Shown: in pieces, positions 28,195 to 38,668 of the stretch
How the letters are laid out: each line of letters starts with the position of its first letter
Position numbering within the stretch: position 1 is the first letter of the stretch
Assembly: GCA_904501975.1 (NCBI GenBank)
Contig: CAJGCZ010000002.1
Coordinates: 47,308 to 111,307 of the forward strand
Source: an uncultured Akkermansia sp.
GTDB lineage: Bacteria; Verrucomicrobiota; Verrucomicrobiia; Verrucomicrobiales; Akkermansiaceae
DNA length: 64,000 nt
Direction of reading: 5' to 3'
Position numbers and translations under genes: made by a program
The notes under the pieces: model-generated
The model's input: the letters and a program-made list of their open reading frames with translations, nothing else
Told to the model about the DNA's origin: nothing
Database searches by the model: none

Positions 28195-30825
28195 ATGAAC
28201 ATACCCAATTTTACACCCAGAGCCCAACTTGTATTAAATGCGGCACGCAGCGTTGCGGATCGCTTCCACCACTGCTATATCGGCGCAGAGCACATCCTGC
28301 TGGCCATGCTGAAGACCGGAAAGGGCGTGGCTGTCACCATCATGGAAAACATGGGAGTCAACATCCAGGAACTCATTCACTCGATTGAGTCCTCCATCAT
28401 CGTAGGCAGTTCATCCGGCTCAGATGGCACCCTGCCCTACACACCGAGAGTGAAGCGCATACTCTCCACAGCCGCCACTGAAGCTAAAGAGCTTAACCAC
28501 AATTACGTAGGCACCGAGCATATTTTACTCTCCATGCTCAAGGACGATAACGGCTTGGTAAGAGACGCCCTTTTCAATGCCGGATTAAACTACGAAGACG
28601 CGAAAGAGAATATCATCCGCGAGGTAGGCACCCAGCCCCCGCCTTCCATCATGACGGACCGCAATGCCAACTCCAATAGCGGCAATCATTACGGACCGGA
28701 TGACGATGAGGATGCAAACTCATTTTTGCGTAAACAACGCTCCCGAGACAGAGATCCCGGCACCCCTGCCTTGGATGCTTTCGGGCGTGACCTGACAGCC
28801 CGAGCCGCCGCCGGTGAGCTCGATCCCGTCATTGGGCGTCGTGCAGAAATTGAGCGCGTCATTCAAATTCTTTGCCGCCGCACAAAAAACAACCCGGTTC
28901 TTTTGGGCGAGGCAGGCGTCGGCAAAACCGCCATTGTAGAAGGACTTGCGCAAATGATAGTCGAAGGCGATGTGCCGGAATTTTTAAGAGAAAAGAAAAT
29001 CATCTCTCTTGATTTGGCACTCATGGTAGCAGGCACAAAGTACCGCGGCCAGTTCGAGGAGCGAATCAAGGCCGTCATGGAAGAGGTGCAACGCAACCGC
29101 AACGTCATTCTCTTCATTGACGAAATGCACACTCTGGTGGGTGCCGGTTCCTCTGAGGGCACCATGGATGCCTCCAACATCATCAAACCGGCACTTTCAC
29201 GCGGCGAGCTTCAAGCCATCGGTGCAACCACACTTAACGAATACCGCAAGCATATAGAAAAGGACGCAGCCTTTGAGAGACGCTTCCAGCAGGTGCAGGT
29301 AAAAGAACCCTCTGTAGAAGATACAGTGCAAATTCTGAAAGGCATTGCCCCGCGCTACGAAGAACACCACCATGTTCGCTACACAGAAGCAGCGCTTGAA
29401 GCAGCCGCACACTTGGCTAAGCGCTATCTGCATGGCAGATTTTTGCCGGACAAAGCCGTGGACGTCATGGATGAAGCCGCTTCCCGCATCTGCATCGCGC
29501 GCATGACTCGCCCTGCCTCCCTCAAGGCCTACGAGACAAAACGTAAGGAAATGGAGGCCCGCAAGAAAGAAGCGGTTGAAAAACAACTCTTTGAAGAAGC
29601 CGGCACCTTGCGCGACCAATTGCAGGATCTTGAGGCAGACTTCCAAAAAGCCGTCAGCGAGTGGCAAGAATCCGCACGCGACAACTCCCTTGTTGTAACC
29701 GAGGAAGATGTCATGGCCGTAATTTCCAAATGGACAGGAATTCCCCTTGCCCGAATGGAAGAAAAAGAAGCAGAAAAACTCCTGCGCATGGAGGAAACGC
29801 TGAAAAACAAGGTTATCGGCCAAATGGAAGCATGCTCTGCAATCTCCCGAGCCTTACGCCGCAGCCGCGCTGATATTAAAGACCCGCGTCGTCCTATCGG
29901 CTCTTTCCTCTTCATGGGGCCGACCGGTGTGGGTAAAACCTACTTGGCCAGAAACCTGGCAGAAATCATGTTCGGCACGGCAGAAGCCCTCATTCAGGTC
30001 GACATGAGCGAGTACATGGAGAAACACAGCACAAGCCGACTGATTGGCTCACCTCCCGGTTATGTGGGGCACAGAGACGGCGGTCAGCTGACAGAGCAAG
30101 TACGCCGCCGCCCCTACTCCGTCATTCTGTTTGACGAAGTGGAGAAAGCGCACCCGGACGTCATGAACCTGCTCTTACAAGTGCTGGAAGACGGCAGCTT
30201 AACGGACTCCCTCGGCCGCAAGGTAAGCTTCAGCAACAGTATCATTATTCTCACCTCCAACGTGGGCGCCAGTTTGGCTACGCGACAAGGCAGAATGGGA
30301 TTCGGCGCCGTTGATAACGAAGAAGCCGACTATGAAACGATGAAAGAGCGCATCGCCGAAGCCGCAAAACAGCACTTCCGTCCCGAGTTTATCAATCGAT
30401 TCGATGAATTGATTGTCTTCCGTATGCTGGAGCGTAAGGACTTGGAGCAAATCGTCGTCCTCGAGGCACAGAAACTTATCGACCGCCTTGCAGCCAAGCA
30501 AATCACCCTCTCTCTTTCTCCGGAGGTGGTAAGCATGCTGGTAGACAAGGGATACGATCCGCAGTACGGTGCGCGTCCTATGCGCCGCGCTATAGAGCGC
30601 TTGCTGGAAGACCCCATTGCCGAAGCGATACTTCGCGGCGACTTGGCCGCCGGCATTATCTCTCAGGCGGTTCGCCCTGAAGGCACGGATAAAATCGACT
30701 TCCGTTCTACGGCACCCCAAGTAGAAAAAGAAGACGAGCCTAAAAAACCGGCTGCGCCCAAAAAGAAAAAGGCAAGCACCACCAAAGCAACCAAAACAAC
30801 GACACGCCGTAAAAAGGTTGACTGA
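28195..30825 (+). CDS. clpC: ATP-dependent Clp protease ATPase subunit ClpC
   Basis: Double Clp-N domain, [11 protein letters not shown] middle domain, [15 protein letters not shown] and GARPMRR. Confidence 0.96.
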   Translation: MNIPNFTPRAQLVLNAARSVADRFHHCYIGAEHILLAMLKTGKGVAVTIMENMGVNIQELIHSIESSIIVGSSSGSDGTLPYTPRVKRILSTAATEAKELNHNYVGTEHILLSMLKDDNGLVRDALFNAGLNYEDAKENIIREVGTQPPPSIMTDRNANSNSGNHYGPDDDEDANSFLRKQRSRDRDPGTPALDAFGRDLTARAAAGELDPVIGRRAEIERVIQILCRRTKNNPVLLGEAGVGKTAIVEGLAQMIVEGDVPEFLREKKIISLDLALMVAGTKYRGQFEERIKAVMEEVQRNRNVILFIDEMHTLVGAGSSEGTMDASNIIKPALSRGELQAIGATTLNEYRKHIEKDAAFERRFQQVQVKEPSVEDTVQILKGIAPRYEEHHHVRYTEAALEAAAHLAKRYLHGRFLPDKAVDVMDEAASRICIARMTRPASLKAYETKRKEMEARKKEAVEKQLFEEAGTLRDQLQDLEADFQKAVSEWQESARDNSLVVTEEDVMAVISKWTGIPLARMEEKEAEKLLRMEETLKNKVIGQMEACSAISRALRRSRADIKDPRRPIGSFLFMGPTGVGKTYLARNLAEIMFGTAEALIQVDMSEYMEKHSTSRLIGSPPGYVGHRDGGQLTEQVRRRPYSVILFDEVEKAHPDVMNLLLQVLEDGSLTDSLGRKVSFSNSIIILTSNVGASLATRQGRMGFGAVDNEEADYETMKERIAEAAKQHFRPEFINRFDELIVFRMLERKDLEQIVVLEAQKLIDRLAAKQITLSLSPEVVSMLVDKGYDPQYGARPMRRAIERLLEDPIAEAILRGDLAAGIISQAVRPEGTDKIDFRSTAPQVEKEDEPKKPAAPKKKKASTTKATKTTTRRKKVD

Positions 30826-30843
30826 TAACACCTTCTTCCACTC

Positions 30844-31824
30844 ATGAAACAGGCACCGATTAAAAAGGTTGACAGCGTTTCCGTGGCTCGATTTTACGAG
30901 AACCACGGCAAAACGCTGGAGCTGCAGCTGCGCAATAGTCCGTTAGGCACATTCAGGCGCATTCTCCAGCCCACCCTCAACCGCCCCGGATTGGCCTTAG
31001 CCGGCTTCTTCGACTACTTTGCCCACGAGCGCATTCAGGTATTCGGCGCTGCAGAAATAGCCTACATGGAAACCATGGAAGGCCATTCCCGCGAAGAGAG
31101 ACTGCGCAAATTGTTTGCCAAAGATGTCCCCTGCCTGGTATTTACGAGAAATGAAGACATACCCAGTGATGTGCTTCGCTTGGCAGATGAATATGCAGTC
31201 TCCGTCTTTAGCACACCGTTGCCAACAGTTAAGCTTGTTAACAGAGCCACCATTATTCTGGAAAACGAGTTTGCTGAAAGCACCACATTGCATGGTTGCA
31301 TGGTAGATGTAAACGGCGTGGGTGTTCTTATTACCGGGGAGAGCGGAATCGGCAAGAGCGAGATTTCTCTCGGCTTGGTAGAACGCGGTGCTTCACTGGT
31401 GGCGGACGACATGGTAAAGATACGCAACATCGGCGGTGAGCTCATTGGCTCCTCTCCTAAATTGAGCAGCGGCTTTATTGAAATCCGCGGTATCGGCATC
31501 ATCAATGTTACAAACCTCTTCGGCCTGAAAGCATACCGCAAAGAAAGAAAGTTAGATTTGCTCATTCACCTCTCCAACGGACAAATGACCGACCACGAAC
31601 GCTTGGGGCTCGACCGCAACAAGACGAACATATTGGGAGCCGATATAACAAAACTCACACTTACTGTAGCCCCCGGGCGCGATATGACCCGCTTGGTAGA
31701 AGTTGCCGCTCTGGGCCATTATCTGCGCGAATCAGGTTACGATATGGCCGGCGAGTTTAACAAACGCCTGCATCAGGAAATCGCCTTGCGCAACCAAATG
31801 AACAACAATAGCAACCTTAAATAA
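30844..31824 (+). CDS. hprK: HPr kinase/phosphorylase
   Basis: NRPGLALAG, HG, GESGIGKSE, LVADD and EIRGIGII motifs. Confidence 0.96.
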   Translation: MKQAPIKKVDSVSVARFYENHGKTLELQLRNSPLGTFRRILQPTLNRPGLALAGFFDYFAHERIQVFGAAEIAYMETMEGHSREERLRKLFAKDVPCLVFTRNEDIPSDVLRLADEYAVSVFSTPLPTVKLVNRATIILENEFAESTTLHGCMVDVNGVGVLITGESGIGKSEISLGLVERGASLVADDMVKIRNIGGELIGSSPKLSSGFIEIRGIGIINVTNLFGLKAYRKERKLDLLIHLSNGQMTDHERLGLDRNKTNILGADITKLTLTVAPGRDMTRLVEVAALGHYLRESGYDMAGEFNKRLHQEIALRNQMNNNSNLK

Positions 31825-31831
31825 ACTTACC

Positions 31832-32590
31832 ATGATTCAGCTTTCTCACATCACGGAGTTATTGGACAACAAACTCCGCATCCACGAAATCAAAGATGCC
31901 TCGGTTGCCGTTAATGGTTTACAGGTTGAAAACAACGGCCACGTCACTAAAGTAGCCTTGGCGGTAGATGGCTCACAGAAAACCATCGAGGATGCTGTAG
32001 CTGCCGGTGCAGATTTGCTCATCTTGCACCACGGTATTTACTGGTGCGGCTTACAACCAATGACCGGGTGGTTCAAAAAGAAAATCACCACGTGTTTGAA
32101 CCATAATTTGGCTGTATACAGTGCCCACCTGCCCTTAGACCTGCACCCCGAACTGGGCAATAACGCCGGCATAGCCGCCGCGCTGAACCTGACGGATTGC
32201 ACACCGGAGGTCGATTACCACGGCACCCTTATCGGCGTGGCCGGTCTTTTCCACGGCACCGTAGGTGAACTGAAAGCGCGCTTTGCAGAAATCACCGGCA
32301 GCACAGTTACGGGCGTTATTCACGATGCGTCGGCTCCGGCCGGTCGCGTTGCTGTATGCTCCGGAGGCGCCGGCGACAGCATATACCAAATCCACGGGAA
32401 AGGATACACCACCTTCATCACCGGCGAAGAGAATCACTGGGTCAAAAACGCAGCAGAAGACTTGGGCGTCAATATTCTTTTTGGCGGCCACTATGCTACG
32501 GAAACCTTTGGTGTAAAATCGCTCGGAGCCCTGCTGGAGGCACAATTCGGCCTGCCGACCGTCTTTATAGATAACCCCACAGGCATGTAA
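31832..32590 (+). CDS. Nif3-like dinuclear metal centre protein
   Basis: NGLQVE, HHG, HLPLD.H..GNN and GHYATE motifs. Confidence 0.93.
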   Translation: MIQLSHITELLDNKLRIHEIKDASVAVNGLQVENNGHVTKVALAVDGSQKTIEDAVAAGADLLILHHGIYWCGLQPMTGWFKKKITTCLNHNLAVYSAHLPLDLHPELGNNAGIAAALNLTDCTPEVDYHGTLIGVAGLFHGTVGELKARFAEITGSTVTGVIHDASAPAGRVAVCSGGAGDSIYQIHGKGYTTFITGEENHWVKNAAEDLGVNILFGGHYATETFGVKSLGALLEAQFGLPTVFIDNPTGM

Positions 32591-32595
32591 TCGCC

Positions 32596-33531
32596 ATGCT
32601 CATCATCGCAGAAGATTCAATCGGTGCACGACTCGACCAGTTTTTGGCAGGCCAACTGCCGGAGCTGTCGCGCGCGCGTATTCAAGCCCTCATCAAATCC
32701 GGAGAAATCACCGTTAACGGCAAAACGTCAAAAGCGAAAACCCCGATTGAGCGAGGCATGCGCATTGAGGTCAATATCCCCGAGCCGGAGCCAACCGAAG
32801 CCCAGCCCCAAGATATTCCGCTGAATGTTCTGTATGAAGACAGCGATGTCATTGTGATAGATAAGGAAAGCGGTATGGTAGTGCACCCGGCCGCCGGCAA
32901 TCCGGATGGCACGTTGGTTAATGCCGTCCTCTTCCACTGCGGGGATTTATCCGGAATTGGTGGCGTAGAACGCCCCGGCATTGTTCACCGACTGGATAAA
33001 GACACCAGCGGATGCATTGTCGTTGCAAAGAACGACCGCGCCCACCTCTCACTCACCACCCAATTTGCTGAGAGAGATACCGGCAAAATCTACTTAGCCG
33101 TGGTACAAGGTTGCCCCAAAGAACCGGAGGGCACCGTATTCACCAATATCGGCAGACACCCCGTTAATCGTCTCAAGATGGCGGTTGTTAATCCCGGTGC
33201 AGGTAAACCGGCCATCACGGATTACCGCGTACTGAAGCATGATGCCTCTAGCGATAGCTCTTTAGTAATGTGTACACTACACACAGGGCGCACACACCAA
33301 ATACGCGTTCACATGCTCCACTTGGGGCACCCCCTCATCGGGGACCCGATTTATGCGCATCCGCAGCGACAAAAGGCAAAGCCGGGGCGATTAATGCTGC
33401 ACGCATGGCGTTTAGCATTCAACCATCCTGCAGACGGGCATCGTGTAGCCATTCAATCTGAGATACCTGCAGAATACACACCATGGCTTATTGACACGCA
33501 GCTACCGGAATGGGAAGAGAAAAAGGGTTGA
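32596..33531 (+). CDS. RluA/RluD family pseudouridine synthase
   Basis: S4 domain, HRLDKDTSG, TGRTHQIRVH and GDPIY motifs. Confidence 0.95.
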   Translation: MLIIAEDSIGARLDQFLAGQLPELSRARIQALIKSGEITVNGKTSKAKTPIERGMRIEVNIPEPEPTEAQPQDIPLNVLYEDSDVIVIDKESGMVVHPAAGNPDGTLVNAVLFHCGDLSGIGGVERPGIVHRLDKDTSGCIVVAKNDRAHLSLTTQFAERDTGKIYLAVVQGCPKEPEGTVFTNIGRHPVNRLKMAVVNPGAGKPAITDYRVLKHDASSDSSLVMCTLHTGRTHQIRVHMLHLGHPLIGDPIYAHPQRQKAKPGRLMLHAWRLAFNHPADGHRVAIQSEIPAEYTPWLIDTQLPEWEEKKG

Positions 33532-33565
33532 AATTCAACAATTGAGCGTGATATGACAATCACGC

Positions 33566-34600
33566 ATGACTACTTATCCTATCCTGGGCAGCATTAATCT
33601 ACCCGTTAATGAAACGGACATACTGCGATTATTCATTGAGTTCACGGAAATAGCACAGGCTACCGATTTGAACAAAAAAAACTTGGTAGCCCTTTACAGA
33701 AAAGTTATTCAAACAGGTCTCAAGTATCTGAATGACAATGATGATGAAGCCACCTTCCGAGAGGCGGCAGAAGAAAGCCTGCACATGCGTGCTCATAGAC
33801 GCCCCAGCACCTTAGCAGACCTTCGCTCATACATTAACCGTTTTATCACTGTAGCAGATTGGGTGGATAAAGACATTCGCCGCGTTACGCGCAAAGAGTG
33901 CCGCGCGCTCTTAGAGAAAGAGTTTAACTCCAGCGGACATGTATTTTTGAAAGCCAAAAGCGTTCTTCACAGTATCTTTTCGTTAGCGATTAAACAAGGC
34001 TGGTGCGAGAAAAACCCCGTTTCCGGCATCATGGGTAAGCGCGTTAAAGAAGAGCGAATAGAAATCCTGAAAACACAACAAATTGCAGCATTAATGAAAG
34101 CCATGCTTTCACCGGATATGCAATGTATGCAAGCAGCCGTGCGACTCATGCTGTGGTGCGGTGTGCGCCCCGGCGAAATCCAGCGTTTGCAATGGCGGGA
34201 CATTGATTTCCGGGAAAAAGAAGTATACATAGAAAGCCACGCCAGTAAAACCGGCGGTGCAAGAGCCATTCCGTTACGTGGCGGCGCTTTACGCCTCAAA
34301 GAGTTCCGCAAAAAAGACCATGAACTTATAGCCCCTAACGATTGGAACCGCATGTGGGCAAAATTAAGACGCCGTGCCGGGTTTGACGACTGGCAAAAAG
34401 ACGTACTACGCCACACCTTTGCCAGTATGCACCTCAAGTATTTTCACAACCTGTTTCTTTTGCAGGAAGAAATGGGGCATCGCGACAGCACGCTTCTGCG
34501 CACCCGATACCTCAATCTGCGCAACCTCTCGCGGCGAGAGGCCTACATCTTTTTCAACTGGGATAAGGCAGATTTCCCCGAAGAGGAGGATACCTTATAG
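33566..34600 (+). CDS. Tyrosine recombinase/integrase, stand-alone
   Basis: GVRPGE (R), SKT (K), DVLRHTFAS, MGH and C-terminal RY catalytic residues. Confidence 0.9.
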   Translation: MTTYPILGSINLPVNETDILRLFIEFTEIAQATDLNKKNLVALYRKVIQTGLKYLNDNDDEATFREAAEESLHMRAHRRPSTLADLRSYINRFITVADWVDKDIRRVTRKECRALLEKEFNSSGHVFLKAKSVLHSIFSLAIKQGWCEKNPVSGIMGKRVKEERIEILKTQQIAALMKAMLSPDMQCMQAAVRLMLWCGVRPGEIQRLQWRDIDFREKEVYIESHASKTGGARAIPLRGGALRLKEFRKKDHELIAPNDWNRMWAKLRRRAGFDDWQKDVLRHTFASMHLKYFHNLFLLQEEMGHRDSTLLRTRYLNLRNLSRREAYIFFNWDKADFPEEEDTL

Positions 34601-34680
34601 CCACAGATTCGTGGTGTATGCCGCGAAAGATGGTTGACGCAGGCGCAAATGAGAGTAGAATTACCCACAAGATTACTATT

Positions 34681-36525
34681 ATGGAAAGCACGACACATCA
34701 ATTTCAGACAGAAGTCCGCCAATTGCTGGATATTGTTATCCACGCCTTTTACAGCGACCGCGAAGTATTTGTCCGCGAGCTTGTTTCCAATGCCTCCGAT
34801 GCCTTGGAAAAATTGCGTCTCAAGCAACTGACCGGCGTAGCCATTGCAGACCCGGCCCGCCAACTCGGCATCACCATCAGTGCCGACGAAGAAAAACACA
34901 CACTCACCATTGCCGATTCCGGTATCGGCATGACCGAAGAAGAGGTTATCGAATACCTTGGCACCATTGCTCACTCCGGCACTAAGAAGTTCTTAGAGGC
35001 CATGAAGGAGAGCCAAGGCGGCACACAAGATCTCATTGGGCAGTTCGGTGTAGGTTTCTACAGTGCCTTTATGGCCGCAGACTCAGTTGAGGTCACGACA
35101 CGCTCATGGCAGCCCGAAGCTAAGCCGGTTACATGGATTAGCGACGGCCAGCAGGGCTACACATTGCAGGAAGCCCCGGCTGATACACCCCGTGGCACCA
35201 GCATCCTCATTCACCTTAAGGAAGACGCCCACAACTTTGCCCAAGAGCACACACTGCGCTACATCATTGGCAAGTACAGTAACTTCGTTGGCTTCCCCAT
35301 CGACTTTAACGGCGAGCACATCAATACCGTGCAAGCTATTTGGATGAAGAACAAGAAGGATGTTACCACCGAGGAATATGAGGAGTTCTACAAGTTCATC
35401 GGTCATACAGAAACAGAGCCGCTGACCTGGATGCACTTCAGCGCCGATGCCCCCATTGTCCTCAACTCCGTGCTCTATGTGCCTAAGGAAAGCCCCGAAG
35501 CTATGGGCTTTGGCCGTTGTGAGCCGAATGTTTCCTTATACTGCCACAAGGTTCTTATCGACAGCAAGCCGGAGAATCTGCTGCCTGAGTGGCTGCGCTT
35601 CCTGACCGGCGTGGTAGACAGCGAGGACCTGCCCCTTAACATCTCCCGCGAAATGTTGCAGGATAACTCCCTGCTCCGCCGCATTTCCGGCATCATTACC
35701 AAGCGCTTCATCAAACACTTGGAAACGCTGGCTAAGGACGACACCGAGAAATATGAATCCTTCTGGCGCCAGTTCAGTCGCTTCATTAAAGAAGGTATTG
35801 TTACCTCTTGGGAGCATAAAGAAGCGCTTGCCAAACTACTGCGTTTTGAATCCACCTTCACCGAGCCCGGCAAACTTACCTCCTTTGCCGATTATATTGG
35901 CCGCATGAAGGAAAACCAAAAGGACATTTATGTACTTTACGGTGCTTCCCGTGCTCAATTGGAGAACAGCCCCTACTTGGATGCCCTGAAAGCTCGCGGC
36001 TTTGAAGTGTGCTTCCTCACCGATGGTGGCGACCAGTTCGTCATTGAAAGCATCATGAAGGTAGACGACAAGGCGGTTAAGTCCATTGACAGAGCAGACC
36101 TGGAACTGCCCCCGTTGGATACACCGACAGATTCTCCCGCCTTGGGTGAAGAAGAAGGCAACAAGCTGACGGAATGGGTAAGCAGCGCCTTTGCTGAGAA
36201 TTTCAGCAAGGTTTCCATCAGCGATCGCGTCACCTCCGCCCCTGCTATTGCCCTGCAAAGCGCCGACGATGTGGCACCGGAAGTGCGTGCCTACCTGAAA
36301 GCTATGGGGCAACCCGTTCCGGAAACGCATCCGGAGATTGCCTTCAATCCTCACAGCCCGATTGTACAAAAGCTTGCCACCCTCCGTACAGAAGACGAGG
36401 AATTAGCCAAACTTTTGGCCGGCCAGCTGATTAACACAGCCTTGTTGCGCGCAGGCATGCTTGAGGATCCGTCCAAACTTGCCGATAACTCACAGGCCTT
36501 GCTCGAGAAACTCCTCAGCAAGTAA
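34681..36525 (+). CDS. htpG: Chaperone HtpG/Hsp90 (start revised to ATG 34681)
   Basis: RELVSNASDA, DSGIGM, GQFGVGFYS and LPLNISRE motifs; promoter TTGACG-16-TAGAAT upstream. Confidence 0.97.
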   Translation: MESTTHQFQTEVRQLLDIVIHAFYSDREVFVRELVSNASDALEKLRLKQLTGVAIADPARQLGITISADEEKHTLTIADSGIGMTEEEVIEYLGTIAHSGTKKFLEAMKESQGGTQDLIGQFGVGFYSAFMAADSVEVTTRSWQPEAKPVTWISDGQQGYTLQEAPADTPRGTSILIHLKEDAHNFAQEHTLRYIIGKYSNFVGFPIDFNGEHINTVQAIWMKNKKDVTTEEYEEFYKFIGHTETEPLTWMHFSADAPIVLNSVLYVPKESPEAMGFGRCEPNVSLYCHKVLIDSKPENLLPEWLRFLTGVVDSEDLPLNISREMLQDNSLLRRISGIITKRFIKHLETLAKDDTEKYESFWRQFSRFIKEGIVTSWEHKEALAKLLRFESTFTEPGKLTSFADYIGRMKENQKDIYVLYGASRAQLENSPYLDALKARGFEVCFLTDGGDQFVIESIMKVDDKAVKSIDRADLELPPLDTPTDSPALGEEEGNKLTEWVSSAFAENFSKVSISDRVTSAPAIALQSADDVAPEVRAYLKAMGQPVPETHPEIAFNPHSPIVQKLATLRTEDEELAKLLAGQLINTALLRAGMLEDPSKLADNSQALLEKLLSK

Positions 36526-36549
36526 TATCGGCATACATATAGCTTCCAT

Positions 36550-36586
36550 ATCCCGCCTTATCAGCACTGGTGAGGCGGGATTTTTT
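36550..36586 (+). terminator. Intrinsic terminator after htpG
   Basis: atcccgcctta...tgaggcgggat followed by Ts. Confidence 0.8.
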
Positions 36587-36605
36587 AGACCTAACTCCGC
36601 TACCC

Positions 36606-36893
36606 ATGCTTCCCTCTACCAAGAAAAAGCTATTTCATACCATCTACCTGTTAGCTGGAATAATCGGTATAACCTGTTCCGGTTATTTATACAGCTTACC
36701 CGGTGTGTGGTATCATGCTCAGGATGCAATCTTACTCAGAAACACCATTCTCGTACTCTACACCCTTGTTTTCTGGAGCAGCTTCGTCGTCCTCTTCTGC
36801 GTATGGTTGACACCATCTCACATATCGAAGCGAATAACAACAATGTGGTGCGTCCTTGCGGTGATTACCCTATGCGGATGGCTTTTCAGTTGA
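36606..36893 (+). CDS. Small hypothetical membrane protein (3 TM)
   Basis: ATG 36606; three hydrophobic segments. Confidence 0.55.
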   Translation: MLPSTKKKLFHTIYLLAGIIGITCSGYLYSLPGVWYHAQDAILLRNTILVLYTLVFWSSFVVLFCVWLTPSHISKRITTMWCVLAVITLCGWLFS

Positions 36894-36965
36894 AAGCATG
36901 AGAACATTTTTACTTGTAGCGGAAAGTTCAACATGTTAAAATCAAAAACAAAAGAAACTCACAGT

Positions 36966-37577
36966 ATGAGGATGAGAAAAATAGAATTCCTTTTGATTGC
37001 CGGATTAAGCTTATCCGGTTGTACAGAAACGATACAACAACGCATGATTGCAGAGTTGGAAGAAGCAGATGCTACGTTCGATGCCTCTGCAAAATACAAG
37101 GAATATTTGCAACATCATGGCGAGGATGCGCAAAAGCTTCGCGAAGCAGCGGCGCAGGCTTCAACCATCCGAATCCGTATCCATGTTTATCATTATCAAG
37201 GCAGTATCGAAGAAACCATTTCTTTAACTGAGGAGGAGGTTAAGGCAGTCAAAGAAATCATGGCAGAGATTCAGCAAACGCCGCCTCATACTTTCGACAA
37301 ATGGCTGGAGGTAGAACATTTTTCGCAATTTGTTCAAATGTCAGTATCTCAATGCTGGTCCGTGATGGAATTTGTATCTGCTGAAGATACAGTGCTGCAT
37401 ACCTTCCAATTCAATCAAATGATAGGAAGCACCTCACGTGAAGAAGCTTATAAGGTAGGCCGTGAGCTCAAACCTTATTACATGCTCCCCGATGCAGCCT
37501 TGGAACGATGGGACTCCCTCAACTTTATAAACCGTGCCGCTAATCGCCTTAACCAACTGAGGGACGAAACGGAATGA
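36966..37577 (+). CDS. Hypothetical lipoprotein
   Basis: Lipobox LSLSG-C; promoter TTGTAG-17-TAAAAT at 36914-36942 supports a start at 36966 or 36972. Confidence 0.7.
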   Translation: MRMRKIEFLLIAGLSLSGCTETIQQRMIAELEEADATFDASAKYKEYLQHHGEDAQKLREAAAQASTIRIRIHVYHYQGSIEETISLTEEEVKAVKEIMAEIQQTPPHTFDKWLEVEHFSQFVQMSVSQCWSVMEFVSAEDTVLHTFQFNQMIGSTSREEAYKVGRELKPYYMLPDAALERWDSLNFINRAANRLNQLRDETE

Positions 37578-37597
37578 ATCGCCAACAATCGTAAACA

Positions 37598-38329
37598 ATG
37601 AAACATCATTTCCACCTCCTCAAACCTTTCATGCTCTGCGTTCTGTGCGCTATGGGATTAACTTCCTGCCTATGGACGCAGGTGAACACACACACGCTCG
37701 TCGATGCCGTTGGTAAAAAAGAATACATCGACTGCGATTTTGAGGACTTAAAGAAAGCGCCCATATATCGCAAAGATGGGGTCTATTATGTGCAGCATAC
37801 CTTTTACAAAGTACCGGCACGCGGGGAGGTGGGTAGTCGTTTGATTTTTGATAAACACCCGCGCGTGGAGCACCTGTACCTCAGCAGCTATCCCAAATAC
37901 CAAGAGGGCATGGAGACGGTGCACCTCTACCGAGCTCTCGGACCTTATGAATTACAACGATTATTACCCAAAGCTCGTTATAAAGAAGAAAAGAAAGATG
38001 AATGGGTATTATCTCACAAATATTTTGAAGGAAAACAACCTGTAACCGTCTTTACAGCCCAGGATAACTTACGAGAATTGCATCAGTTAAGCAACTCGTA
38101 CATCCCGGAAGAAAGAAGCACCTTGAATTACATGGTAATGCCCCTCACCGGTGCATTATATGCGGTGGACATACCTTTGACAGTTGCGTGCACCACAGCA
38201 GGTTGGCTCACCAATATAACCCTTTTTGTCACAGGTATTCCTACGGCCTACCTTATCGAGGCGGTGTATCCCGATCAGCAAAAGGACGACGAACCCGAGG
38301 ATAGCGACAAGGTTGACAAGAAAAACTAA
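37598..38329 (+). CDS. Hypothetical lipoprotein with a C-terminal hydrophobic segment
   Basis: Lipobox GLTS-C. Confidence 0.7.
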   Translation: MKHHFHLLKPFMLCVLCAMGLTSCLWTQVNTHTLVDAVGKKEYIDCDFEDLKKAPIYRKDGVYYVQHTFYKVPARGEVGSRLIFDKHPRVEHLYLSSYPKYQEGMETVHLYRALGPYELQRLLPKARYKEEKKDEWVLSHKYFEGKQPVTVFTAQDNLRELHQLSNSYIPEERSTLNYMVMPLTGALYAVDIPLTVACTTAGWLTNITLFVTGIPTAYLIEAVYPDQQKDDEPEDSDKVDKKN

Positions 38330-38340
38330 ACAATGAAGAT

Positions 38341-38375
38341 ACAAAAAAGCTCCGAACAAGTCGGAGCTTTTTTGT
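38341..38375. terminator. Bidirectional terminator
   Basis: acaaaaaagctccga-acaag-tcggagcttttttgt. Confidence 0.9.
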
Positions 38376-38379
38376 GTTA

Positions 38380-38452
38380 TACGTGAACCGGGACTCGAAC
38401 CCGGGACCAATAGATTAAAAGTCTACTGCTCTACCAACTGAGCTATTCACGC
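38380..38452 (-). tRNA. tRNA-Lys (anticodon TTT), CCA not encoded
   Basis: GCGTGAATAGCTCAGTTGGTAGAGCAGTAGACTTTTAATCTATTGGTCCCGGGTTCGAGTCCCGGTTCACGTA folds as a cloverleaf; promoter TTGACT-17-TAATAT upstream. Confidence 0.96.
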
Positions 38453-38592
38453 ACTAACGTGCCATGCGTGGCAGCGGCGAGATATTACACTTACGCACGC
38501 CGAAAGTCAAGCATTTTTTTAGAAAAAGTGAAATATTTTTATCAACCCAAATGAAACATAAGAGAGAATGACACAGTTGTGCATTTTCATGC

Positions 38593-38621
38593 TTGCAAGG
38601 GGGAGAGCTTAAAAGTAAAAT
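38593..38621 (+). promoter_or_regulatory. Promoter TTGCAA-17-TAAAAT
   Basis: Direct reading. Confidence 0.7.
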
Positions 38622-38668
38622 ACTCGCGTTAGCTTGCACATGCGAAATCAGTCATAGAAAGAAAAGCC

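Noticed and set aside
33566..38452. Integrative element from the recombinase to tRNA-Lys
   Set aside because: I found no att duplication of the tRNA 3' end, and the interval contains the housekeeping gene htpG.
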